From: a virus
Reading direction: 5' to 3' (one strand)
Virus record (IMG/VR): IMGVR_UViG_3300028569_001145
Coordinates: 1 to 64,000 of that record
DNA length: 64,000 nucleotides
The notes under the pieces were generated by a model that did no database searches, was not told where the DNA came from, and worked only from the letters and a program-made list of their open reading frames with translations. The translations under genes and the position numbers were made by a program. Shown here piece after piece: positions 1 through 11,186 of this stretch (position 1 is its first letter; each line of letters starts with the position of its first letter).

Positions 1-2
1 GA

Positions 3-341
3 GCAATCTCTTTAATGTGGAATCAACGTTCAGTAGATACATTCTTAGGTTTACCGTTCAACATTGCTTCTTATGGATTACTACTTGAAATCATTGCTAA
101 GATGATTAATATGGTACCTGATGAATTGATTGGTAACTTAGGTGATACACATTTATATTTGAATCACATTGAACAGGCAAAAGAACAAATTGGTAGAACC
201 TCATTTAAATTACCTACTTTGAAAATCGAGGATGAAGTAAAATGGAAAGAAGGAGATTGTTTACCATCTTATTCAATTACTGATTTTATATTAGAAAATT
301 ACCAATCACATCCATCAATTAAAGCACCATTATCAAATTAA
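3..341 (+). CDS. thyA: Thymidylate synthase, C-terminal part (starts before the window)
   Basis: QRSVDTFLGLPFNIASY and GDTHLYLNH motifs; ends HPSIKAPLSN. Confidence 0.95.
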   Translation, partial: AISLMWNQRSVDTFLGLPFNIASYGLLLEIIAKMINMVPDELIGNLGDTHLYLNHIEQAKEQIGRTSFKLPTLKIEDEVKWKEGDCLPSYSITDFILENYQSHPSIKAPLSN

Positions 342-346
342 AAGTT

Positions 347-643
347 ATGACATACGAAAATTTTTTAAAAGTAATTACACAATTACAAGAACAAGACAAA
401 ATTCTAGACAATCTCTACAAAAACAAATTTGACTTGACTGAATTTGTTGATCCTTACCATGCAATAGTCACTATACTAATTAAGGAAATTTATGGAGAAG
501 AAGGATGCGATTGGTTTAGTTGGTATTGTTATGAGAATGACTTTGGAAATAAAGGACTAGTGGCATGGGATGCTGATAAAAATCCAATATGTCATAGTCA
601 TGAAACACTTTGGGAATATTTAGAAGAACTAAAAAATAAGTAA
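347..643 (+). CDS. Hypothetical phage protein
   Basis: 98-aa ORF packed between thyA and hpt; loosely resembles 25152..25550 (PY...WY pattern). Confidence 0.7.
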   Translation: MTYENFLKVITQLQEQDKILDNLYKNKFDLTEFVDPYHAIVTILIKEIYGEEGCDWFSWYCYENDFGNKGLVAWDADKNPICHSHETLWEYLEELKNK

Positions 644-644
644 T

Positions 645-1151
645 ATGGTTTTATTTACAGAACAAGAAATTCAAGAACGAGTTAAATCACTAGGCATTCA
701 GGTTTCGTACCAAGCCAACCCGGAAGGTAAGCCCAGAGTCATGATTGGAGTCTTAAATGGAGCATTTATGTTCTTTAGTGACTTAGTTAGGAATATGGAG
801 GTTGATTGTGAAATTGACTTCATTCAGGTTAAATCTTACCAAAACCAACAGCAGTTTGATATTAAACTTTTAAAGGATATCAACGTTGAAATTGCCGGGA
901 AAGATGTCTATGTAGTAGATGATATTTTTGATTCGGGTAACACTATGAGATACTTGATAACCCATCTTCAAACCAGGAAACCTAAGTCAATTACTCCGGT
1001 TACCTTATTCAAAAGTAATTATTCTTATATGGAAAACCTAATTTACGGGTTTGAGTTAGCTGAGGAGTATTGGATTAGAGGGTATGGGTTAGATAATGTA
1101 GATGGTACTAAGAGAAACTTACGACACGTGGAAGGAACTATTTTCGAATAG
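645..1151 (+). CDS. hpt: Hypoxanthine phosphoribosyltransferase-like protein
   Basis: GVLNGAFMFFSDL, PRPP-binding VVDDIFDSGNT, GYGLD, RNL. Confidence 0.9.
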   Translation: MVLFTEQEIQERVKSLGIQVSYQANPEGKPRVMIGVLNGAFMFFSDLVRNMEVDCEIDFIQVKSYQNQQQFDIKLLKDINVEIAGKDVYVVDDIFDSGNTMRYLITHLQTRKPKSITPVTLFKSNYSYMENLIYGFELAEEYWIRGYGLDNVDGTKRNLRHVEGTIFE

Positions 1152-1176
1152 TAAAGTGGGTTATGGGCTAGACAGA

Positions 1177-1185
1177 CTATTTATA
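1177..1185 (+). promoter_or_regulatory. Phage late-type promoter motif (C)TATTTATA, representative copy
   Basis: Found ~5-25 nt before ATGs at 1190, 2542, 9513, 11269, 23196, 29861, 31875, 42874, 44465, 47655, 50398, 53098, 59052 and 63875. Confidence 0.75.
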
Positions 1186-1189
1186 ATAG

Positions 1190-1999
1190 ATGGCATATGT
1201 TTATAGGCATATTAGATTAGATAAAAGAACCCCGTTCTATATCGGAATAGGATCTGACGAAGAGAAAAAATACTACCGTGCAAATACGAAAAGCGGTCGA
1301 AATAAAATTTGGAAAGACATTACAGATAAAACAGCCTATGAGGTGCAGGTAGTATTGGAGGGACTTACTTGGGAGGAAGCTTGCCTAAAAGAGGTTGAAT
1401 TTATAGAACTATACGGTAGGATAGACAAAAAAACAGGTACATTAGCTAATATGACGAAAGGCGGAGATGGTGTATTAGGCAGAGTAGATACAGAAGAAAG
1501 AAAACAAAAATGGAAAGAAAGCAGGAAAGGTTTTCGACATTCGGAAGCAGCCAAGCAGAAAATGAGTATGCAACATACCGGGAAAACACACTCCAGGGAA
1601 ACTAGGGAAAAGATAAGAGTAAACAAAAAACAAGATTGGCAAAACTTAAAACACCCCTTTAATAGCTTAGAATACAGGGAGCAAAAAAGAGAGCATATGA
1701 TTAGAAACAACCCAATGGCAAACCCGGAAATACGAACTAGGCATAAACAGGCTGTTGAAAAAAGAGAGTGGAAAGGAGGGACAGTTTTGAAAGACTTAAA
1801 TACAAAGCAAGTAACCTGTCCACACTGTAAAAAATCAGGAGGTTATATGAGTTTCAAGCAATTTCATTTTGATCGATGTGAAGCTTTTACTGGCATTAAG
1901 CATACAAAACCAGAATATACTTGTCCATATTGTAACAAAACTGGGAAAGGAGCTTCTAATATGCAACGGTGGCATTTTGAAAATTGCAAATACAAATAA
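1190..1999 (+). CDS. Free-standing GIY-YIG-like homing endonuclease with NUMOD3-like repeats and C-terminal Zn fingers
   Basis: YVYRH...FYIGIG, NMTKGGDG, HSEAAKQKMS/HSRETREKI repeats, CPHC/CPYC; own TATTTATA promoter at 1178. Confidence 0.85.
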   Translation: MAYVYRHIRLDKRTPFYIGIGSDEEKKYYRANTKSGRNKIWKDITDKTAYEVQVVLEGLTWEEACLKEVEFIELYGRIDKKTGTLANMTKGGDGVLGRVDTEERKQKWKESRKGFRHSEAAKQKMSMQHTGKTHSRETREKIRVNKKQDWQNLKHPFNSLEYREQKREHMIRNNPMANPEIRTRHKQAVEKREWKGGTVLKDLNTKQVTCPHCKKSGGYMSFKQFHFDRCEAFTGIKHTKPEYTCPYCNKTGKGASNMQRWHFENCKYK

Positions 2000-2017
2000 A
2001 ATTTCTTATATTAAAGT

Positions 2018-2524
2018 ATGTTAACAGCCAAGCAAATATTAGACCAAGGGATTGTAATCCCATCCCCCTATTCAAAACCAGCACAGGTTGGTATTGATTT
2101 ATCATTAGCATCAGTTCATAAATGCACTGCCGGATCTTCTGTCTACCAAGATAAGACTCATATTGACCCAACTGGGTTCTTTGAAGAGAAAACTTACATG
2201 GTTGATGGAAAGGAATGTTGGATGCTTGAACCAGGCACTTATGCAATTACCTTTAACGAAGGGTGTAAAATTCCTGCTAATGCAGCAGCATTTATTATAC
2301 ACCGAAGTAGTCTTTACAGGACAGGTACTTCAATCACCTCCCCGGTCTGGGATCCAGGTTTTGAAACTGAGAAGATGGGCACTGTTATGATTGTGAATGT
2401 TAAGCTCATAGTTGAAAGAAATGCAAGAGTAGCTCAAATGATTGTTCACGAAACACAAGAAGATGCTAACCTCTATCAGGGGCAGTGGCAGGGCGGTACT
2501 CATTCATGGGAAAAAGCAAAATAA
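2018..2524 (+). CDS. dCTP deaminase / trimeric dUTPase family protein
   Basis: GIDL, RSSLYR, VWDPGF, RVAQM, YQGQWQG motifs. Confidence 0.85.
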   Translation: MLTAKQILDQGIVIPSPYSKPAQVGIDLSLASVHKCTAGSSVYQDKTHIDPTGFFEEKTYMVDGKECWMLEPGTYAITFNEGCKIPANAAAFIIHRSSLYRTGTSITSPVWDPGFETEKMGTVMIVNVKLIVERNARVAQMIVHETQEDANLYQGQWQGGTHSWEKAK

Positions 2525-2541
2525 TAAGCTATTTATAACAT

Positions 2542-2922
2542 ATGAAACTTTCAGAATTTAAACAGCTTATTAAGCAGTCTATACTAGAAGAAAAAGAAAA
2601 AGAAAAGAACGCTTCTGGTGCAATGACTCCTGAGGAAGAAAAAATGGTTGCTGATTATGAAGAAGAGCAAGATGCTAAGCATACTTTAGGTAAAGAAGAA
2701 CCTATGGAAGAAGCTAGGGTATCTCCTGATATCCGTGTTGCTTATTTAGTACAAATTTTAGATCGTGTTTGGTATATGGGTAAAGGTAATAATACTATCG
2801 ATTTTGAATCTTTAGCTCAATCACTTATTAACGATATGTTTGATGAAGAGACTATGGAAGAAGATGTTATTGCTGAAGCAGAAAAAATCGTTACTGCCTG
2901 GAATTCTAAAAAGCAATTATAA
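2542..2922 (+). CDS. Acidic hypothetical protein (late promoter)
   Basis: CTATTTATA at ~2529; N-terminus (LKQLIK type) resembles 50398. Confidence 0.7.
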   Translation: MKLSEFKQLIKQSILEEKEKEKNASGAMTPEEEKMVADYEEEQDAKHTLGKEEPMEEARVSPDIRVAYLVQILDRVWYMGKGNNTIDFESLAQSLINDMFDEETMEEDVIAEAEKIVTAWNSKKQL

Positions 2923-2946
2923 AAAATAAAGTCAAAATTATCCTGA

Positions 2947-2975
2947 AAGAGCCCTTGCAAGTTGAGGGCTTTTTT
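2947..2975 (+). terminator. Intrinsic terminator overlapping the polA promoter
   Basis: AAGAGCCCTT-loop-GAGGGCTTTT plus T run, followed by TTCATATATTTAG. Confidence 0.75.
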
Positions 2976-2989
2976 CATATATTTAGTCA

Positions 2990-5326
2990 ATGGTTATCGA
3001 AAAAAAGTACTACCTTGTTGATGATAAAGAGAAAGTAAATCTACTCATCCAACATATTAACGAAAAAGAAATAATTGCTTACGATACAGAAACTACTACT
3101 CTTAACCCACGTAAAGGAAAGATAGTAGGATTTTCAGTATCCGGAGAAGAAGGAGTAGGCTTTTATATGCCTACTATGGTTTGGAATGTAGAATCAGAAT
3201 CCTTAGAAGAATGTACCATTGAAGGTGTTGGTTGCAATAAAATAGCTAAGAAACTTATTGCAATGCTGGTTGGAAAGAAGCTTGTGATGCATAATGCTTC
3301 ATTTGACTGCCGGTATACTCAGAACTTTTACGGGGTTAACTTACTACCCTCTCTATGGGTTGATACTGCCCTTCTGGTTCATACAGTGAAAGAAGAAGGA
3401 GCATTTGGATATGGAGCTAGTCCTTTTGGATTAAAAACAATTGCAATCATGATTCAAGATAAGATTGGATTGAATGTGGCAGAAGCAGCCAACCAAGAAC
3501 AATTAAACCTAAAAGCTTCTATTAAAGAGAATGGCGGGGCAATCACTAAAGATAATTTTGAAATTTATAAAGCAGATATTAACCTCTTAAGTGAGTATGC
3601 TGCTGCAGATACAGACTTAACCTTGCGTATCTGTAATTACTTTCTACCGGTTTTAAAAGGGGAAGGCCTGGAGAAATTCTTTTTTGAAGAGGAGGTTATG
3701 CCCCTTTATAGAGAAGTAACTGTGCCGATGGAGATCAAAGGGATAGCCCTTGATATACCTCTGATAGAAAAGACTAGGGATGATATTATGGCCGATCAAG
3801 AACGTTACCGTAAGTTAGTTCTAGAAGAGCTTTTAAAACTACCTAAGGTTAAGGAATGGGTCATTGATACTGCCTTAAAAGAGTTTCCTCCTGGACATAA
3901 AGGCAAATGGGCACAGACTTTGGTTGAGCTTTACGGCCTACCTATGCCTAAGACTGCCCGGGGAGTATCTTTGAAAGAAGCTAATATTTTAGCTCTAGAA
4001 GAACATCCGGTAAGAGAGTACCTACTTACAGCAGACTTGAGCCATTTACAAGAAGAAGTTGTGGTTAGAGTATCTATGAAGCTTTGGAAAGACTCTAACG
4101 ACGGGGAGTTTATTAATATACAATCTAAAAAGCAGTTGGGTGAGATTGCATTTAACTACTTGAAAGAGAAGCCGTTATCTAAAACTGCTAAAGGACAGCC
4201 TCAATTTGACGACGATGTCATTCAAGTTTTATCAGACAAATACGAGTGGTGCAAGAACCTACGTATCTACAATAAGCTTTTAAAGATTAAATCTACCTAC
4301 ATAGATCGATTTTACCAAGCAGCCGAAGATGGACGCTTCTACCCGTACTTTAAACAGAATGGAACTGTGTCTGGAAGATACGGTTCAGACCTACAACAGT
4401 TACCTAAGCCTAAAGAGGATGGGGAAGCTGATCCTCTAATCGTTAAGTATAACAACGAAATTAGAGCATTTTTTATTGCAGATGATGGATATTTATTTAT
4501 TGATAATGACTTTGAGTCTCTTGAACCTCACATCTTTGCCTCTATTTCAAATGATGCAAACCTTCAAGAGATCTTCAACCAAGGACACGATTTCTACTCT
4601 ACTGTCGCTATTCGAACTGAAAAGCTAGACGAGCAGAGAGACAAGTACCCCGACGGAGTTTCAGCCGATAAAAAGGCTCCTAACTTCCTAAAGAAGCTTG
4701 ATGCACCTAAAAGGAACCAAGCAAAAGCATATTCCTTAGGAGTTGCTTATGGAATGTCTCCTTATGCATTAGCAATGTCTTTAGGAGTATCTCAAGAAGA
4801 AGGAAACAGGCTTCACCAAGGTTACATGGAAGGATTTCCTGGGGTTGCTCAATGGGTTGAAAACTCAAGAGCATTGTTTAAAAAGCACGGTTACATTAGA
4901 AACCAAGTAGGACGAATCAGACACTTAGAAAGAGGGAAAGTTGTTTACGACAAATTCGGGGAAAAGATTATGGACTGGAAGTTTAGAAACGAACTAGCTA
5001 AAGAAGCAGGAGGAGAGCAAGTAAAGCAATACTACGGTGATTATAAAAACGCACTTAATAACTGCTTAAACTTCCAGATTCAATCACTAGCAGCTTCTGT
5101 AGTTAACCGAGCAGCTTTGAACATCAACAGGGAGTTTCAAGCCCGGGGATGGGATGGGCAGGTTATAGCCCAGATACATGACCAGTTGATTATTGGCATT
5201 AAGGAAGAATTAGCCGAAGAAGCTAAATGGGTTGTAAAAGACATTATGGAGAATACAACCAAACTTCCAGGAGTGACTTTAAAAGCACCGCCAGAAATTT
5301 CTAAAAATTTCCGCGATGGACATTAA
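2990..5326 (+). CDS. polA: Family A DNA polymerase with 3'-5' exonuclease and no 5'-3' exonuclease domain
   Basis: ExoI DTET, HNASFD, YAAAD; TVSGR; motif A DFESLE; motif B RNQAKAYSLGVAYG; motif C IHDQL. Confidence 0.95.
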   Translation: MVIEKKYYLVDDKEKVNLLIQHINEKEIIAYDTETTTLNPRKGKIVGFSVSGEEGVGFYMPTMVWNVESESLEECTIEGVGCNKIAKKLIAMLVGKKLVMHNASFDCRYTQNFYGVNLLPSLWVDTALLVHTVKEEGAFGYGASPFGLKTIAIMIQDKIGLNVAEAANQEQLNLKASIKENGGAITKDNFEIYKADINLLSEYAAADTDLTLRICNYFLPVLKGEGLEKFFFEEEVMPLYREVTVPMEIKGIALDIPLIEKTRDDIMADQERYRKLVLEELLKLPKVKEWVIDTALKEFPPGHKGKWAQTLVELYGLPMPKTARGVSLKEANILALEEHPVREYLLTADLSHLQEEVVVRVSMKLWKDSNDGEFINIQSKKQLGEIAFNYLKEKPLSKTAKGQPQFDDDVIQVLSDKYEWCKNLRIYNKLLKIKSTYIDRFYQAAEDGRFYPYFKQNGTVSGRYGSDLQQLPKPKEDGEADPLIVKYNNEIRAFFIADDGYLFIDNDFESLEPHIFASISNDANLQEIFNQGHDFYSTVAIRTEKLDEQRDKYPDGVSADKKAPNFLKKLDAPKRNQAKAYSLGVAYGMSPYALAMSLGVSQEEGNRLHQGYMEGFPGVAQWVENSRALFKKHGYIRNQVGRIRHLERGKVVYDKFGEKIMDWKFRNELAKEAGGEQVKQYYGDYKNALNNCLNFQIQSLAASVVNRAALNINREFQARGWDGQVIAQIHDQLIIGIKEELAEEAKWVVKDIMENTTKLPGVTLKAPPEISKNFRDGH

Positions 5327-5371
5327 TTAAGTTGCATTTAAAAATAAAAGTTCCTATATTAATATTAAGTT

Positions 5372-5659
5372 ATGAGTAATACAGAAAAAAATTCAAACAT
5401 TTTTACAATTACAGATCCTGTTTTAGAACCATACTACATTCAGTATGATCAATCTTGCTACACAGCAATCAAGAAAATTACAGCAGGCAATTCAGGCCGG
5501 GTACGTGACTCTATCTTAGGGTACTACGGCGGGTTAGACAGATGCTTAAATGCTATTGCGGAAGATTCTATTAAGAATCAGAACTATGACTCTATAGCAT
5601 CTTATGTTACTACCTACAAAAATCGCATTGAAGAAATAAAACAAATTAAAATACAATGA
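5372..5659 (+). CDS. Hypothetical protein
   Basis: 95-aa ORF, ATGA-coupled to groES. Confidence 0.7.
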   Translation: MSNTEKNSNIFTITDPVLEPYYIQYDQSCYTAIKKITAGNSGRVRDSILGYYGGLDRCLNAIAEDSIKNQNYDSIASYVTTYKNRIEEIKQIKIQ

Positions 5660-5973
5660 AGTTAAACGCAATTTATAACGCAGTCATTCTCAAACCTTAT
5701 GAGTTTGAAGAAGAAAAGTACGGTAACATTATAGTACCGGACTTAGGAAATGAAAAGAACAAAATTGGCCAGGTAGTCTCTGTAGGAGATGGAGTTACTG
5801 TCGCAGGAGTAGGTTTTGTATCAACCAAAGTAAAAATTGGGGATATTGCCGTCCTTCCGACTATGGGCTTTACTCGCTTTGAATTTAAAGGTGAAGAATA
5901 CTTTATTGGCCCTGAGAATCAGCTTCTAGCTATTATTACAGAAGAGGAACTTGAAATAACAACACCATTTTAA
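5656..5973 (+). CDS. groES: Co-chaperonin GroES
   Basis: GNIIVPD mobile loop, GQVVSVGDG, VKIGD; adjacent to groEL. Confidence 0.9.
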   Translation: MKLNAIYNAVILKPYEFEEEKYGNIIVPDLGNEKNKIGQVVSVGDGVTVAGVGFVSTKVKIGDIAVLPTMGFTRFEFKGEEYFIGPENQLLAIITEEELEITTPF

Positions 5974-7592
<1,619 letters not shown>

Positions 7593-7593
<1 letters not shown>

Positions 7594-7901
7594 TGGTTAC
7601 AATTGGAAAACTAATTCAAATTCAGGGAGAATTTTTCGAAGTAGTACGTATTCTAAGAATAGGTATCGGTAAGGTTCTCCCTCTTGAATTGATTGAAGAA
7701 GGTAAGAGGTTCTGGCATGCTGAAAAAGTATTTAAACAGCAGGACCATTACTACTTTGTAAATGAAGTTAAATCAATAGAACCGATCACAGATGACGAAG
7801 ACAGAAATACAAGAGAAACTACAACTGATAGCACAGAGAACACCGCCGGGGGACAGATGGACCTTGGAAGGGGAGACAGAGATCAGGAAGAGCATAACTG
7901 A
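7593..7901 (+). CDS. Hypothetical protein
   Basis: TAATG-coupled to groEL; 3' end overlaps the next ORF. Confidence 0.55.
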
Positions 7902-8058
7902 TGCTTTGGAGGCTTATTACCAAAAAGCTACTGTAAAACCAATTGCCTATCGCCTGGAGCCTTTGCAGGGGAAGCTATTTGCAATAAGAACCAGTGAGGT
8001 AGAAATACCAGAAGAACAACCAAAGCAATATTCAATTTACGGAGATTACGAATTATAA
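7792..8058 (+). CDS. Hypothetical protein
   Basis: 88-aa ORF within the operon. Confidence 0.65.
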   Translation: MTKTEIQEKLQLIAQRTPPGDRWTLEGETEIRKSITDALEAYYQKATVKPIAYRLEPLQGKLFAIRTSEVEIPEEQPKQYSIYGDYEL

Positions 8059-8065
8059 AAACATT

Positions 8066-8311
8066 ATGAAGAATCAAGATTTAAAAATTAACATTGACTT
8101 AAAAAACACTCGCCCGGTAACCTCACCAGAAGGCAATCACGTCTTTGCTGAAGGAATGATCCTACGGAAAGTATCCCGCTTTGTAGCCGGAACTGATGAA
8201 GATGCTGTAATGCCTATCCCGGTATTCTACGATGTACAGACAGGGAAGATCTTATTAGATACCTTACCTAAGGATTTAAGAGAGGAGTACGAGAGTGAGC
8301 AGGAAGATTAA
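8066..8311 (+). CDS. Hypothetical protein
   Basis: 81-aa ORF with A-rich leader. Confidence 0.7.
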   Translation: MKNQDLKINIDLKNTRPVTSPEGNHVFAEGMILRKVSRFVAGTDEDAVMPIPVFYDVQTGKILLDTLPKDLREEYESEQED

Positions 8312-8555
8312 TTACACAGGCTTTACACCAGACTCAGTAGTTGATTCTATTTTAAATAAGTTTGTTGATAGAGCTGAGATGGGCTTTACTAAATACAACA
8401 ATACCTTAGATAGAAAAGACTTATCTAAACTTGAATGGATTAACCATGCCCAAGAGGAACTTATGGATGGGATCCTTTACCTACAGAAATTAAAGCAAGA
8501 GGTTTTAAATGAGCAAGAAGATTCCGGCAGTAGTCAAGCAAATACAGAAGCATAA
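8295..8555 (+). CDS. Small MazG-like / dNTP pyrophosphohydrolase-fold protein
   Basis: G..KY..TL and HAQEELMD..LY (EExxD) pattern. Confidence 0.5.
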   Translation: MSRKINYTGFTPDSVVDSILNKFVDRAEMGFTKYNNTLDRKDLSKLEWINHAQEELMDGILYLQKLKQEVLNEQEDSGSSQANTEA

Positions 8556-9459
8556 ACTAGCCGAAATAGACTATAAGACTCAAAAGAACATTTCTTTTTC
8601 ACAACTGCAGATGTATTACCAGTGTCCCCATCAGTGGGACCTGGTATACAGGCAGGGTCATAAAGTCTACCGGCCAACCATTCACACGGTTTTTGGAACA
8701 TCGTTTCACGAAACAGTTCAAAACTGGTTGACTGTTATGTATGAAACTACTGCAGTGGAGGCAGATAAGATTGACCTGCATGAGTATCTTTATGAAAAAT
8801 TAAAGACAAACTACGTTTTAGAGTTAGGTAAGAATGAAAATAATCATTTTACTACCAAAGAAGAACTAGCCGAATTCCTAGAAGACGGAATAAAGATTCT
8901 AGATTTTTTAAGAAAGAATAGAAAAGCTTATTTTAACATCAAAGGATGGCATCTAGTCGGAATTGAAATACCAATCCTATTAACACCTAATTCAGATTAC
9001 CCGAATACCCTCTATAAAGGATTCCTTGATTTAGTTCTTTATAATGACAATACAGAATCATTCTACATTTACGATATCAAGACCTCAACCAGAGGATGGA
9101 CTGATAAAGAGAAAAAGGATGAGGTTAAGCCCATGCAGTTAATATTCTATAAGGAATATTTTAGCCAACAGTTTGGAGTTCCAACCGACAAAATAAATGT
9201 GGAATTTTTTATTGTTAAGAGGAAGATTTGGGAAGAGTCAGAGTTTGTTCAAAAGAGGGTGCAGCAATGGGTACCCCCCTCCGGCCCAATTAAGACTAAG
9301 AAGGCATTAGGGGTTATAGATGAGTTTATCAAAACCTGTTTTAACCTTGATGGCACAATGATAGACAAGGTGCATGATAAGAAGCCTTCGGACACAGCTT
9401 GTCGTTGGTGTGCATTCAAAGACCGGCCGGATTTATGTGACCGGGGGCAGGGAAAATAA
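8509..9459 (+). CDS. PD-(D/E)XK nuclease (RecB/Cas4-like)
   Basis: SFSQL...CP, GTSFH, GFLDL...YDIKT, QL.FY, C-terminal CRWC...C. Confidence 0.85.
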   Translation: MSKKIPAVVKQIQKHKLAEIDYKTQKNISFSQLQMYYQCPHQWDLVYRQGHKVYRPTIHTVFGTSFHETVQNWLTVMYETTAVEADKIDLHEYLYEKLKTNYVLELGKNENNHFTTKEELAEFLEDGIKILDFLRKNRKAYFNIKGWHLVGIEIPILLTPNSDYPNTLYKGFLDLVLYNDNTESFYIYDIKTSTRGWTDKEKKDEVKPMQLIFYKEYFSQQFGVPTDKINVEFFIVKRKIWEESEFVQKRVQQWVPPSGPIKTKKALGVIDEFIKTCFNLDGTMIDKVHDKKPSDTACRWCAFKDRPDLCDRGQGK

Positions 9460-9512
9460 TCGAAATTTAGACCGCATTTTTCTACCCCTATATATTTATA
9501 TGTATAGACATT

Positions 9513-9704
9513 ATGAGTACAGTTACTAAAAAAAAGCCCACAGTCCTAACCTCGGTGAAGGTCGACTCGGACAAGTTCAATGACTTTAAAGTAGAATGTG
9601 TGAGAGATAAATTCACACTAACACAATTGGTGAACAAATGCATGGACCTTTATTTGAATGATGAGTCATTCAAGAACGCTATTTTAAATTACAAAGAAGG
9701 TTAA
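9513..9704 (+). CDS. Small ribbon-helix-helix-like DNA-binding protein
   Basis: TSVKVD strand followed by two helices; TATTTATA promoter upstream. Confidence 0.55.
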   Translation: MSTVTKKKPTVLTSVKVDSDKFNDFKVECVRDKFTLTQLVNKCMDLYLNDESFKNAILNYKEG

Positions 9705-9749
9705 AAAGAATTTGCCTTCGGACAAAAATTAGTTATATTTAAGTAAATT

Positions 9750-11186
9750 ATGAAACAAGGTTATATACCAAAAGACAAAAGAAAGAAAATCTTATTGCTG
9801 TGTGATGACATTAGAGTTCATTCCGGCATCGCGCACATGGGTAGGGAATTGGTTATGAACACCGCCCACCATTACAACTGGGTTAATCTAGGAGGTGCAG
9901 TTAAACATCCGGAGGCCGGTCAAAGGTTTGACCTGTCTGAGGATACCAACAAACAGGCTCAGATTGAAGATTCGTCAGTGATGTTATACCCGACCGATGG
10001 GTACGGGAATCCAGATATCATCCGTCAGTTAATTCAGATGGAAAAACCAGATGCTTTATTTTTGATTACCGACCCTAGATATTGGGTTTGGTTATTCCAA
10101 ATGGAAAATGAAATTAGAAAGCATTGCCCGATTATATATTTGAATATTTGGGATGATTATCCGGCACCGTTGTACAATGAAACATTCTATGAATCTTGTG
10201 ATGCATTGTTAGGTATTTCAAAACAAACCGTCAATATCAATAAATTGGTGTTGGGTTCAAAGTCCGAAGGTAAACTTATTGAGTATGTACCTCACGGTGT
10301 GAATGAGAAGAACTTTCGTCCTTTGTCTAAGGAAGAAAAATCGTCTAGTGAATTTTTGGAGTTTAAAAATCAAATATTCCAAGGAAAGGAATTTGAGTTT
10401 GTATTATTTTTCAATTCAAGAAATATTCGCCGGAAACAGATTCCGGATGCAATCCTGGCCTTTAGGCATTTTGTTGATAGACTTCCTAAGGAACAGGCTA
10501 AGAAATGTCTCTTCCTTCTTCATACCCAACCGGTGGATGAACATGGAACTGATCTACCGGCTGTAATAGACCTACTATGTCCGGAGGAGTATTGTAATGT
10601 ATTCTTTACCGGTGGTATGTACGACCCCCAAAGAATGAATTGGTTATATAATCTAGCCGATTGCCAGATTCTTTTAACCTCGAACGAAGGGTGGGGTTTA
10701 AGTTTGACCGAAGCCTTGCTTGCTGGTCTGCCTATAATTGCCAATGTTACTGGAGGGATGCAAGACCAAATGCGTTTTGTTAAGGATGGTAAATGGGTTG
10801 ACTTTGATGAGGACTTCCCGTCCAATCATCGCGGTACCATTAAGGAACATGGTGAATGGGCATTCCCAGTATTCCCAACATCTCGTTCATTAGTAGGTTC
10901 AGTACCAACACCTTACATCTTTGATGATAGATGTGAACCAGAGGATGCAGCCGATCAAATTGAGGCAGTTTACAACCTAGGTCCTGAGGAAAGACAGAGA
11001 AGAGGTAATACCGGACGTGAGTGGGCTTTAGGTGATGAGGCTGGATTTACATCTGAAAAAATGGGTAACCGTGTAATTGAATACGTTGATGAATTATTTG
11101 ATACTTGGGAACCAAGAGAAAAATATGAATTCATTCTAGCAGGTGATTATAAGAAAAAAGTTTTAAACCATAAATTAATATATTAA
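9750..11186 (+). CDS. GT4-like (GT-B) glycosyltransferase
   Basis: PHGV, RNIRRK, EGWGLSLTEA...GLPII motif. Confidence 0.9.
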   Translation: MKQGYIPKDKRKKILLLCDDIRVHSGIAHMGRELVMNTAHHYNWVNLGGAVKHPEAGQRFDLSEDTNKQAQIEDSSVMLYPTDGYGNPDIIRQLIQMEKPDALFLITDPRYWVWLFQMENEIRKHCPIIYLNIWDDYPAPLYNETFYESCDALLGISKQTVNINKLVLGSKSEGKLIEYVPHGVNEKNFRPLSKEEKSSSEFLEFKNQIFQGKEFEFVLFFNSRNIRRKQIPDAILAFRHFVDRLPKEQAKKCLFLLHTQPVDEHGTDLPAVIDLLCPEEYCNVFFTGGMYDPQRMNWLYNLADCQILLTSNEGWGLSLTEALLAGLPIIANVTGGMQDQMRFVKDGKWVDFDEDFPSNHRGTIKEHGEWAFPVFPTSRSLVGSVPTPYIFDDRCEPEDAADQIEAVYNLGPEERQRRGNTGREWALGDEAGFTSEKMGNRVIEYVDELFDTWEPREKYEFILAGDYKKKVLNHKLIY

